64,000 nucleotides of DNA from Zootoca vivipara. Its lineage: Eukaryota. Shown here one piece after another: positions 23,676 through 36,225 of the stretch. Numbering within the stretch: position 1 is the stretch's first letter; every line of letters begins with the position of its first letter. The notes under the pieces were generated by a model that had not been told where the DNA came from, searched no databases, and saw only the letters and a list, made by a program, of their open reading frames with translations. The position numbers and the translations under genes are program-made. The stretch is from contig NC_083286.1 of assembly GCF_963506605.1 (NCBI RefSeq), forward strand, positions 44,888,001 through 44,952,000, written 5' to 3'.

Positions 23676-26600
23676 CTTTTAAAAAGAAAAAAAAAGAGAG
23701 AAATTGGTACACTTGAATTACTGCAATAAATTATTAAACTGCATCATAACATACTAAGTTATCTTAGTCATCAGCAATAAATACTTCCTTGTTCTGCTGT
23801 AATGAAGAAGTATTATACAGGATGCTGTCTTTCTAAATTATGCATCTTCTTTGTAGATATCATGAAAATTTTACAAGTTTGCCCGCTATTTAAGAATCAT
23901 CAAAATAAATTGCATTTAAAGAGGTGTTCTCAAGTTTCATAGGGCTTCTTGCAGTTTCAAGAAGTGAACACAAGATGGACCTCTGGCATCTCCATACCGT
24001 TCGTACCTTCTATAGTCTACTTATAAAAATACAAAGCATTGCTTTATATTGGGGGGGGGGTTCCCAACATGATATGTCAGAGTTGCATGTATGGAGGAAC
24101 ATCTGCAAGTAGCATTATAGACCCATTCTCTCTCCTATTCCCTTACTAGCCACATAACAATGTTTGCAACAACTCCTATTAAAGTGATATCTGTCTGTAC
24201 TTCATATGAAAAGCTCCAGTGGCCCTGCTCTTCCTAATCCCACCCCCCTGCAAAATTGTCTAGATGAGAACAGCCAATGCCTTTGCACCTGTTCTAGTTT
24301 CCAAACCATCTCCCAGATGGAACATATTTGAAAAATGCACCTTGGAGATTATTAACTGATATTGATTCATTGTTTTGACTTTTTATTTTAAAAAAGCGCA
24401 CCCCATTGCAAGGGTGCCAACTTGCCCTCAGGATTGTTGGTACCCGCCTCCGCAATGCAGATGTGTGATGTCACATGCACACACCTGCAGACATGTGCGT
24501 GTGACATCACATGCCCGCATTGCAGCAGCAGCTCCTCTTCTTCCTCCTCTCTGCAGACAGTGAGGCACCCTTTTCCAAGAGGAGGGACTCAGAGACAGAG
24601 AGACCCTGCCTCAGCATCCCAGTACCCCTCCACCTGCCGGCTTTTCTCATTGACTTTGTGGGTGCCCAGCCCCCACAATTATATTATTGTGGGTGCCCAA
24701 GCACCCACGCCCCCCTGGAGTTGGCCTCCTCCTATGCCCCATTGTTTAAAATATGCCCAAAGGAAATAAAAGACTAACATTCAAAAGGTGACAGTGCGCT
24801 GTTAATAAAGGCTGCTCATAAGTATAATTATGCTATATAATATCAAGCAGGGGTAAGGCTTTTAAGCAGGCAGATCAGACAAGTAAACTGAGCAGATAAA
24901 AGACAGCAGTGTGTGGGCTTTTAGGTATTTTTAAGGCATGCATTTACAAAACAAATGCAGGTAGCAGAAACTATTTTTATATGGTGGCTGATGTAGTGCA
25001 CACATGCATTAGATTAAAAACATTCTGCCTTCATTGCTATTGTTTTATTAACATAGAGACTTAATAGATTAAAGAAATTTTCGTTGGGTTTTAAAAAATC
25101 AATGAATCATGTGATAGCATTACTTTAGTTTAGGAAGACTATCCAGCACTTTTCACCATTAAAGTAATCTTGTTAATGTCTGCTTTTTTATGCATAGTTT
25201 ATTCGTTTTTAATTTTTTCCATAACAATACAAGTAGCAAAAACAATAAAGTCAAAGGAAAACCTATCAGCATAGCATGCCAATTCACGATACCATTTTGC
25301 AAAATAAGGCACATATTTTGGTCTTAAATCTGGAACGCATCTAATGTAGTGCAACCAAGTCTGTTCCATAATCAGATACTTATCTTATGTTAATATCCTA
25401 TTGCAAACTTTTAATATTTTTTAAAAATACTAGCTAGCCCTGGAACAAGGGCAGGCAAAGCCAAGGCAGAATTTGGAGGCTCATGGGCAAAGCTGGAGGA
25501 TCAATTGTATAATGGGCAAAGCTTTTTGAAATATGGAGCTTATTACCTAGGGACCCCTCAGACCTACATCAACAGTAATTTATAGAGAAGATTGCATTAA
25601 TATCTGCATTGCTTGCTTCCATCACATTATTTAATGGAGGACTCCAGTGACTTGCTAGTCCCTGTCTAAAACAGGAATGTAAAAAAAAAACAGGCCAATG
25701 CTTAATAAGTCAAAAGCTGTCATTGTGTTTTTATATCATTCCCTTTCTGCGCAAAAAAAGCCTTTGTACAGAAGTTGGAATGGTTGGTCAAATATATCAT
25801 TTGCCATGTCAAAATATCTATGATTAAATGCAGTTTTTCCCCAGTCTGCTCTAGCATTTGAAGCATGCTAGAGCAGACTATAAATTGTTCCATGCCCACC
25901 CCCACATTACAGTCCTTCTCAGCTCTTCTGCAGATTTGCAGATCACTAAGATCAGACACACCGAAAGAACATTTATTTTAGAAAAGATATAATCCAGACA
26001 CAGCCCTTCACAGAAAAATATAATCGATTTTAAGCATTCATCTTAAAGTGCTTCACACTTTTAGTACATTTTACATTGTGAAATGAATACTTGCAGTGAA
26101 GAGAGGCAGCCCATTATTCTTGTGATATATTACACAAGACCTGCTATTCTATGCACACTTACCTAGGAGGCACAAGTCCCATTTAACTCACTGGGGCTTA
26201 CTTACAAGAAAACCTGCAAAAGATTGGACTAAAGAGCAGAACAAGAAAAAAAAAGCTCCTTGCAGGTTATCATGAATACATATATTTGAGGTCATAAACT
26301 CAGGGTCGGCCCTACGGCCAGGCTGGGTGACGCAGGGTGCCAGGGCGGCGCCCACCCGCCCGCCGGCCTGCTGCGCTGGGAAACAGGGCGGAGGGGGGCC
26401 CCAGAGGGATCCATTGCACCACGGCGCCACGGCGCCAGAGGTGCTTAAGACGGCCCTGCATAAACTGCTTTTCAATAGAAAAGGGGTTTTATTCTTAGAA
26501 GAAAAATCTCCACAACTGCTAAGTTACAGTTTTACTTCTATGGACTTTTTTATATATACCTAGCATAGTATATAAATTAATTTTCACCTTTGTTAATATT

Positions 26601-26906
26601 AAAACTTCCTGGTGTTTCACCTAAGTATGCTAGTATACCTGCACAGCACTCAGTTTTCATATATCCAGATACGTGGAATCTATTTTTCTTCCTAGAGGAC
26701 AACATGTTGTAGGTACCAACATGATACCTGCACAGCACTCGAGTCTCATTTGAGTGTCAGCTGCCTCAGACCCTCCAAGTGTCCGCATTTTCCAGGGACC
26801 TCCCTGATTTAGATAAGCCATCCCGGTTTCTGATTTGATCCCAGAATGTCCCACTTTTCCTTAAGATGTCCCTATTTTCATTGGAGAAATATTGGAGGGT
26901 ATAGAG

Positions 26907-27155
26907 CAGGGGTCCCCAAACTAAGGCCCGGGGGCCGGATGCGGCCCAATTGCCTTCTAAATCCGGCCCATGGACGGTCCGGGAATCAGCATGTTTTTAC
27001 ATGAGTAGAATGTGTCCTTTTATTTAAAATGCAACTCTGGGTTATTTGTGGGGCATAGGAATTTGTTCATATTTTTTTCAAAATATAGTCCGGCCCCCCA
27101 CAAGGTCTGAGGGACAGTGGACCGGCCCCCTGCTGAAAAAGTTTGCTGACCCCTG
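26907..27155. mobile_element. hAT (Charlie-like) non-autonomous element nested in an older repeat
   Basis: CAGGGGTC...GACCCCTG termini; TSD GTATAGAG. Confidence 0.85.
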
Positions 27156-27469
27156 GTATAGAGTTATCCAACCCCTGAGCTATCTGAAGGCAATCTTGTA
27201 TAGGGAAGTTTTTTAAATGTTTAATGTTTTATTATGTTTTTATATATGTTGGAAGCTGCCCAGAGTGCCTGGGGCAATCAAGTAAGATGTGTGGGGTATA
27301 AATAGTAAAATTATCATTATGGAATGGGACGTCCCTATTTTCATCTAAGAAATGTTGGAGGGTATGCTGCCTTCTCCCACATTCTGTTTTAAGACTTTGA
27401 CCAGATGCAGACTCAAGGCATTATCATCAGCCACATCTTCTGCCCACCTCCTTTCTTTACTGTCTAAAG

Positions 27470-27605
27470 CAGGCATCCCCAAACTTCGGCCCTCCAGATG
27501 TTTTGGACTACAATTCCCATCATCCCTGACCACTGGTCCTGTTAGGTAGGGATCATGGGAGTTGTAGGCCAAAACATCTGGAGGGCCGCAGTTTGGGGAT
27601 GCCTG
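27470..27605. mobile_element. hAT-type hairpin MITE
   Basis: Same family; TSD GTCTAAAG/GTTTAAAG. Confidence 0.85.
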
Positions 27606-27827
27606 GTTTAAAGTGTTCTGAAGAGATTGGTTATCTTAATACACCTAAAAAACTTTGAGAGAGTTAACCAGGCTGGTCTGCTGCAGGGCTGGTCTGCTGC
27701 AGCAAAATCAACATAAAGCCATGTAGCACCGTGGAGGCTAACAAATTTATTATGGAATCAACTTTAATGGGCACAAGTCCACCTCATCAAATCTGTGGTT
27801 ATAAAAACAATGCCTAGGAATGCTTAC

Positions 27828-27933
27828 CTTCTTTAGCTGACTCTCCCTTCATTTGGCTTGCTGTCAGTAACTTGTTTGTTTCATCTAACTGAAGATTCAG
27901 AATATTATTTTTTCCATGAAGCCCTGATATTTT
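27828..27933 (-). CDS. CCDC152: CCDC152 coding exon 2
   Basis: KISGLHGKNNILNLQLDETNKLLTASQMKGESAKE; canonical AG/GT; 106 nt. Confidence 0.88.
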
Positions 27934-28271
27934 CTGTAAGAAAAGTTGAGAATTCAAAATTTAACAAATTGTTTAACATTACCCTCCTATCTTCACAGTC
28001 ACTCTAGGCAATAAAGTCTAGCCATGTGCTGTTTAGGCAACAATTAATAAGAGACCTGAGAGCATTAACCACAAAAAGTTACCTCAGAGCAAATATGGAA
28101 AGGTTTCATAGAGAACATACAGCTGTGTTTTGGGTGATGTCTGAATTCATCTGCTGACTTTTGTACTTTACTCTTTTTTTTAAAGCTGTCTTTCATTTTG
28201 CAATTATTTCTTGTATTATTTATTTATTTCATTTATAAATCATTCCCCAAGAGGCATCCTAAAGTGATTTG

Positions 28272-28414
28272 NNNNNNNNNNNNNNNNNNNNNNNNNNNNN
28301 NNNNNNNNNNNNNNNNNNNNNNNNNNNNNNNNNNNNNNNNNNNNNNNNNNNNNNNNNNNNNNNNNNNNNNNNNNNNNNNNNNNNNNNNNNNNNNNNNNNN
28401 NNNNNNNNNNNNNN
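28272..28414. other. Assembly gap
   Basis: N-run. Confidence 1.
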
Positions 28415-28617
28415 TTTAGGGGTATTCTCATTTTGACTCAAGAAAATCACCATTTAATAGTTCAAATCAGGAAAAATAAATACAATAAATGGACAAAAGT
28501 ACAAAGATTCACAAAATGTTTAGGGGTATGCATACCCCTGTGTTCGCCCAGAAAAAAGCACTGTGTGTGTGTATGTACACATTGGCATAACAATTAAATG
28601 ATCTATACTTTTCTTAC

Positions 28618-28680
28618 CTTTTCTATATGTAAAAAGCCCTCTAAAAGTGCATCAAGATTCACCACACTGATTTTCTTCAT
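28618..28680 (-). CDS. CCDC152: CCDC152 first coding exon
   Basis: MKKISVVNLDALLEGFLHIEK|gtaag; in-frame TAA three codons upstream of the ATG; acceptor probably at 28714-28715. Confidence 0.85.
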
Positions 28681-29454
28681 GACTGCTTAGCTGCACAATT
28701 GCCCAGCTGCTTCCTGTGTAATATACAGTGTATTTAAAGAGAAGAAAACAACAACAGATAGCAAAACCTTTTGAGCAAACATTTACAGGACTGCATTTGC
28801 TACATTTTAAGCCCTTCCTGGCTATGAACTCACTGGATGGCACAGGAACATACAGTAGGAAGCTGTCCTAGATCAAGTCAGACCATTGGTCCGCCTATCT
28901 CAGTAATGTTTACTGACTAGTTTACTTACTAGTTTTCAGACAAGGGAGGGACATTGTTAGCTCTGCCTGGAGAGGCCTGGGAAATTGAACCTGGGGCTTT
29001 CTGCATGCAAAGCAGATGTACTACTGAGCTACGTTCCCTCCCTTGTCAAATCACAGTATTTTATATCAACCGTATCTTACAACAGAGATGGGGAATCTCA
29101 GGTTCAGGGGCCAAATGGGGCTATTCAGGCCTCTCTGTTTGGCCCTTGGAACTCTCCCTAGCCCAACTCTTCACTGGCCCTTCTTTACAAGCTCCTTAAG
29201 TGCTTTTGCCTGAGTGTCCTTGAACTCTGATAATGCTTCTTGCTTGCCTGGCTAGAGGCTAGAGAGGGGTGTGTGAGTGCACGGAAACTAGTCTGTACAA
29301 AGGGAAAATTTATATTAAATGTCCTACCCTCTTAACCAGCTCATGACTGACATGTGGCCCTCTGAAGGTTGCCCAGATGTGAGTTCAGCCTCCACACTGA
29401 AGAAGATTCCCTGCTCCACTCATACAATAATGATAGTGATGTGCCCTAGCTAAA

Positions 29455-29625
29455 AAAATGGTGATTGCTTCATTGCCCTCTTCAAATATCTAAAGAGCTG
29501 TCACATGGAAGATAGAACAAGCTTCTTTTCTCCTGCTCTGGAAGGTAGGACACAAACCAGTGGGTTCAGGATACAAGAAAGGAGATTCTGACCAAACATC
29601 GGGAAGAACTATCTGACCATAAGAA
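29455..29625 (+). mobile_element. CR1 fragment
   Basis: TTCAAATATCTAAAGAGCTGTCACATGG...CAAGAAAGGAGATTC matches the copy near 4090. Confidence 0.65.
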
Positions 29626-31496
29626 TGGAGGGAAGGGAACAAACAGCTCAAATTTGCTTTCTGCTAAATCTGTCTCTGAGTGAGGTAGTTAGGATGCCGC
29701 AGAAGTTGATTCCCAAAACTGGGAAATGCTTTTACTTATAAACATTATCAATTATGCTCAGAGAGGCCAGAAGTACTTAACAGCGCCTGTAAAATGGTGG
29801 GGGCTGCCTTCTGGGGTCTCCTAAACTGCTAAGCCCAGCATGATTCAGAGCCCTCACAAAAACCATTGATTCCCAGTACAACTATAGGGTAAGGTTGATT
29901 TGATTCCCTGTCCCTTTTCTGGATGCATATCTCCACTCCCTGCTTCTTGCCTGGCGGGATGTGTGTGTGCCATTTTGTAGTTCACCTGAGGTGCCAAAAT
30001 GACTTGGGCCAGCCCAGACAGCAGGGTTTTCTGGAGTATGAAATGTATAAAGTGCAATAATCTATAGTAGCAAAAACAAGGCAGAGTCCTGTGATTTGTT
30101 ATTTATTGTAGAGTGGCAAATAAAAATGATGGGTTTTGCGAAACTTACAGGAAAAATCCGAAACCAGCATATTCCAAAACCAAGTATTCCAAAAGGTTTG
30201 GAGTAAATTTATATGATATTTGAAAGATTACTGTAAGCAATTAACATCACTGGCAGGGTTGTCTGAAGATTCATAATGAGGAGCTTTCTCCCTTTTCATT
30301 TTAACCTAAATATTAATGTCTTTTGTAATGAGTGAACTAGAATTGGAAAACGTATAAAATGCAATGATATAAAGGTTAATTTTGAAAGCCATGAGGCAGG
30401 AGGGAAGGAAGTCTATGGGCTCTAAAGAGGCAGAAAGTGGATAACAATGTTGTGATTATATATTATCAAATTGAAAACTTATAAAATTAGATAGATAGAT
30501 GATATATAGATTTGTTATTTATTGTGGCATCCAGCTTTCATGGCCACAAATAAGCTTTATACACCGCAACAAGTGTATTAGTCTTTACGGAAACCAGAGA
30601 ACTGTGTTTCTTTTGCAGAATCTTGTTATTCACTATTATCTTTTTCTGTATGCCATTGCAGTTTACAAAACACCCTGTAATTCTCGTCTCACTTAAATTA
30701 AATGCCTTGTTATCTTCATGGCGGCAGCAAACACTTCAACACCAGCCAAAGCTGCCCCAAGGGAAGCCAAAAATATTCCCTACCAGGCTGATCGCTAGCA
30801 TTTGTAGATTTTCTTCTTGAATTTTTTTGTCCAAATGCATAAGGCATTTCTTTCTGAAATGAACTATCCCTCCAGAGCAACAGCAAGATTACTGGACCAG
30901 TTTTATATACTCAAAATCCTAAATAGGAACAAAACAAACAAGCAAAACCTTCAACACTAGTCAATCACTAGGAATGCCTGCTCATCCTCCCACACTAAAA
31001 GCATGGCTCAGTTTAACCAAGGAACAATAAGATGGATGTATTATTTTTATGAGAAAGGACCATCATGCATTGTGAGTGAGGCTGACAAATTTTGAACTGG
31101 TTCCTTTAGAAGCAGGTTGTTTGTACCTGCGGCAATGAGCTGGTGATCATGTTTAGCCATAGTCAGCCAGAAAGGTCATTGGGTGACTTTAGCCTAATCC
31201 CTATTTTCTTAACCTACCTCACAAAGTTGTGAGGTAAGAACCATGTAAGAACTTGAGATATTTTTTGGGGAGGAAAGGTGGTAGCTACACAAAAAAGAAA
31301 GGAAGAAATGAATGCTTTACCACCATCTTATTTCTATATATCGAAAGTATCTTAAAAGGCAGAAGAGCATCGGTGTTTTCCTGCTCAGCTGGCAATATTC
31401 AAAAGGATATACTCGTTCAGAATATATTTTTGAGTCAGTGAATGTGTTAGTATTGAGTGACAAATTGTATAGGGAACAGGGAGGGAACGCATTGAC

Positions 31497-31586
31497 CATA
31501 GCTGCCAAGTTCTCCCTTTTTTTAAGGGAAATTCCCTCATGCTGAATAGGCTTCCTCGCGAGAAAAGGGAAAACTTGGCAGCTATG
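31497..31586. mobile_element. ~90-bp hAT MITE (TIR CATAGCTGCCAAG)
   Basis: TSD GCATTGAC. Confidence 0.85.
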
Positions 31587-33272
31587 GCATTGACTGAGGA
31601 CTCAAGAGTCACAAATTTGAGGGGAGGTTGGTGTTTGGGCCATGAAGAACGTCAGCATCCTGAAGTGACTTGTCAGAAATAGGAAGCAGAGTTGGCTCAA
31701 AATGGGCAAAACTAGGCCACTACCTATAATTTTTATTCCCCCCCCCCCGAGACAGGTTCCCCTTTACAAAGAGAATTCCCACTAAACTGCTTCTGAGAAG
31801 GTTTCCCTCAGAGTGACAGTTGCTTCCCTCTCAACGGAAAACCCACGTCTTGCTGCCCAGAAAAGGCGGGAAAAGTCTCTGCCTCAGGAACCAATGGATG
31901 GAGCATACCACTCATGGCTTAAATGGAACGAGAGGGGTGTTTTCTCTGTGCTAGCCTGATAATAGGTTCATCCACATTTCAAGTGGTTAGGGAAGGCATA
32001 TGGAACCCCCCGCCCAGGTTTTGAGCTGCGCCTGAAAGAAACTTACCTGCACTTTTCTAGAAGAGAGCTGCCTGTACACCATACATTTAAAGCACATGCT
32101 GTTCCTAAGAATTCTGGGAACTGTAATTTTTCCCTCATAGAGCTATAGTTCCCAGCACCCAGTTGTTTGTTTGTTTGTTGTTGTTGTTGTTGCTTTGGTC
32201 AGAACCAATTTCTTTGCATAGATCTTGTTTTAAGACAGTACTGGTTTGGATAAAATTAATAAAATTGTTAATTTTCACACATATTTCTAGAACGGAACGC
32301 AGGACTTTGCGTACGTGTTTGGAAGCTAGCACTTATCCTTGGAGAAAGTGATTTATCAAAGTTGCATTTGAAAGGAAACCCTTAAAGTAAGGTTTTGAAA
32401 AGGTCGAGGGGTGCACTGGGACTGCAAAGGAACAGCTCTCTCTGAACAGCTGTTAAGCAAGAGGATCTCATCTTGTGTGGCGCCACTTGCTGTTCTTCTG
32501 CAAGTGGCTTCCTTACTGGCAACGGAAGCCTTGTTAAAACAGTCAATAATGCCATTTTATAATTGCCTCTGTATATGCGTGTTCACAAGCGGTAAACTCC
32601 ACAACCCCAACAGTTTGTTTTCTAAGCTCAGGGAACACTAATTATGCCCATTAGAACACCTGTTTGCAAGCTTAAGCAAGTGACTGCATATTTTAATGTT
32701 TGCAAATGCTAAATGGCACCTTTCAAGGTTGCTTAATTGAACAAATTGCAGGGAACCAGCTTAATTGTTGCTAGCCAGAGATTCTAGGGGCAAAAAAAGC
32801 AAACACATTTGTTATTCCACTTGTGTTGTGGACATAACTTTATTTTGGCCTTTGTTGTCAGAAACTGTCAGCCAATGACCCTGTAAAATGGCAGGCCAAG
32901 TAATTGGGAGTTAAGTCCAGCAGTGGGAAGGCTTCCAGGATGCTGTTTAGCGCACACCATCAAACTAGTCTATCACATATAAAATTAAAGGAACGTTTAA
33001 CCACCCTCTTCTCATACATAAGATCACTGACCATAGGGAGGCTCAGATGACCCTCATACATGGGAAAGCCTGTGTGATAAGTCTTCTACATTTAGGGTGG
33101 CGAGTTAGACATTGTCCCCAAAGAAACTTTGCATCTCCCCCCCAAAATGCCATCCAATTTGTATATGGTGATTTACATGCAAAGACACAAATCTGTAAAT
33201 AATTAATTTAAATAGATATTCAAGAAGAAGAGGAGTTTGGATTTGATATCCCACCTTTCACTCCCCTTAAGG

Positions 33273-33522
33273 CAGGGGTCAGCAACCTTTTTCAGCTGTG
33301 GGCCGGTCCACCGTCCCTCAGAGCATGTGGTGGGCCAGACTATATTTTGGGGTGGGAAATGAACGAATTTCTATGCCCCACAAATATCCCAGAGATGCAT
33401 TTTAAATAAGAGGACACATTCTACTCATGTAAAAACACGCTGATTCCCGGACCGTCCAGGGGCCAGATTGAGAAAGCAATTGGGCCGCATCCGGCCCACG
33501 GGCCTTAGGTTGCCTACCCCTG
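33273..33522. mobile_element. hAT non-autonomous element inserted in a SINE
   Basis: Reverse-orientation relative of the 26907 element; TSD CCTTAAGG. Confidence 0.85.
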
Positions 33523-33528
33523 CCTTAA

Positions 33529-33783
33529 AGGTAAAGGTAAAGGGACCCCTGACCATTAGGTCCAGTCGTGACCGACTCTGGGGTTGCGCGCTCATCTCGC
33601 ATTATTGGCCGAGGGAGTTGGCGTACAGCTTCCGGATCATGTGGCCAGCATGACAAAGCTGCTTCTGGAGAACCAGAGCAGCACATGGAAGCGCCGTTTA
33701 CCTTCCCGCTGTAGCAGTTCCTATTTATCTACTTGCATTTTGACGTGCTTTCGAACTGCTAGGTTGGCAGGAGCTGGGACCAA
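33529..33783 (-). mobile_element. Sauria SINE, 5'-truncated, with 42-bp TSD
   Basis: (AAAGGT)n tail; flanks 33487-33528 and 33784-33825 are identical. Confidence 0.88.
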
Positions 33784-36225
33784 GCATCCGGCCCACGGGC
33801 CTTAGGTTGCCTACCCCTGCCTTAAGGAGTCTCAAAGCAGCGAACAATCTCCTTTCCCTTCCTCCCCCACAACAAACACTCTGATATATGCGTGAGGCTG
33901 AGAGACTAGCCCAAGGTCACCCAGCAGCTGCATGTGGAGGAGCAGAGACGCGAACCCGGTTCACCAGATTACGAGTCTACCACTCTTAACCACTACACCA
34001 CACTGGCTCTCAACACATCTCACAACTTGTCTTACCTCAGTCTGCTAGCCAGGTGCCACTCAGTGTTGATGGGCACCTTGAAGACCCCCTCCTGCTCTCT
34101 CCTTTTATGGTTCCTTATCTTTAAATCAAGCTTGGACTGACAGCCCTTCAGTATGGACTACTGTTCTTTGTAAAGCAAGGCTGTGTAATACACATTTTAT
34201 TCTAGAATCAATGTAGCTTGATTGCTCCCCCACTGTACAGTCCATACAGAGTCTAATTCTACGGCATATTTTTCGCTCCTTCTGGAGAAACAGGTTTCAT
34301 TCTGAAAAACAACAGTTCGTTGCAGATTGATTCTGCATTACCTGCAATGTGTCCATCTGAAGACAGATGCAGGGCTGTCCAATGATGCTGTGAGTGAGCA
34401 TATACTTCCTTCTTCACTCAGCTTGGGCATGTGCAGACATGGTTGATAAGCTAATCAAGGCGGGGAGTTTCAAATGGTATCAAGTAACCACATCCACTCT
34501 TGCGGACGGCAGGATCTAGATTCTAGAACAAATCTGTATCAAAAGCAGCGTGTTGAGGACGAGGCATGAAGGATCATGGATTGAGGAAAAACTAGTTGTA
34601 AACTACATTAGTCTGTACAGCCTGAGACTCATGACCACCTTATTCAGATGAAAGTGCCCATATGCTTTTGGCAGGCTTCCCTGTTTGCAAACATCGCTCC
34701 AGCATGTGGGCAGCTGAGGGGCAGAGACACCGCAGTTTTGATACGATCCTGTTCCATGTGATTGTTTATCTCCATATGATCATTTATCGGGGATGCCTGA
34801 AGGAGGCTTCTCTTGACTTTTAGACCAGTAAATGAATACCATGTACAGCAGAAAGGATAGAGCCTACAGCAATGTGTTACCCAGGGGTACCCGAGGAGGG
34901 GGTTTCTGGCGACCCCTCCCCATGGGTTGAAATAATGTACCAGGAGTGTTGAGCCCTGTGCACTGCAGCCCTGTTTAGTGGCCAGTATATGAAGGTTGAA
35001 ATATATGCTGGTGCATGTCTGTTGACCTGTTCCATGCAAGAGGGGGAGCTTGATTGTAGCAGGATTACACCCCCCCCCAAACACACACCTCCTTGCATGT
35101 AGTAGCTCTATACTTAGTATAGATACTTAGTATGTATACTCTATACTTAGTAGCTCTATACCCTTACATCAACACCTCTGTCTTCAAACACACTGGCCAA
35201 ATGTATGGATTATGATTGTGGTGGTGCATGGCTGTTGTCCATGTTGGCAGGAGAGGCAGGAAGAGTCTACAGAGTCCTGTGAACCCCTCATGTTTGCTCA
35301 TTGTACGCGTTGGCGACGTGTGTGCTTCACCATTGTGACTCACACATGGACACAAGGGAGATGATGTGCTCCTCGGAGGGTGGCCATTGAGTACACTGTT
35401 GCAGTAAAAATGAAGTTTTGGGAAATGCAAGAACAAAGTGTGCTATCAGTGTTAAGTCAGGAGGGGAAAAAACCCTTCGTCCTTCTGCGCAACATTAGGA
35501 AATGTTGGCATTGCGTAGGCTGTCCCCTCCTGAACTCTACTTTGCTTTTTAAGCAAAATCCTTAAGTTACTTGTAGACGCGTATGCAAAGGAGCACCCAA
35601 CACAGTAAGAGTGTATTGAAAGCTTCAGCTGCCTTGGGATCGCAGTGGTAAAAGGAAGCTTAACTCTTTCTCTCCCTGCCAGAGTCCCAACAACAAAAAT
35701 CCTCTCCAAAGCTGCTATTTGCACTTCAAGGGCAGCTCTCATAGGCACCAATGGAGGCTTCCCATTAAATACAAGTAGCGGCTTAGGAGGGGCAATTTTT
35801 CTTGAGACGGTGGCAGAGTGTGACAGTGTAAAATCCTTGCTTACGTTTCCCCAAGACTATTTACCGGTAAATTGTTTTAAAAGTGCATACTCATTGTATC
35901 AACACAACTGGCTTGCAACTAGTTTGGCCCTGAAATGTCTCCAATGAAGTTTCACTGGCTGAGGCTGCAGTTTCCACGGTGATGAGAGTGGAGGGCTGGC
36001 ATCTCTTCTCCACAACTTTTCAAAGTAGGCTTGTGCCACTTGAATTTTCTCAGATCGTGGCTGTCAGTCATGCCCTCTCTAAGCCCCACTTACATACTTG
36101 AGGACAGGAATGACACCTGTGGAATTGTGATGGTCAAAGAATAAAATATTAAATGTGTTTTCACCCTCTGTAAAGTTTGTGCAATAAAATATGCAACTAT
36201 GTCATAATGGATTGAAGAAAATAAA

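Larger units (their letters stand above)
33222..34010 (-). mobile_element. Squam3-like SINE split by a hAT element and a Sauria SINE
   Basis: Tail at 33222-33272; body resumes at 33820-34010. Confidence 0.82.

Noticed and set aside
27690-27795. Second Penelope-type hammerhead remnant
   Set aside because: Core is degenerate (UUGAUGA, no GAAA), so it cannot be supported as a ribozyme.
34037-36120. Possible extra gene between CCDC152 and GHR (minus ORFs of 146, 90 and 99 aa, isolated donors at ~34035 and ~36091)
   Set aside because: No recognisable protein, internal stops in the longest frame and no consistent exon chain; would need RNA-seq or tBLASTx support.
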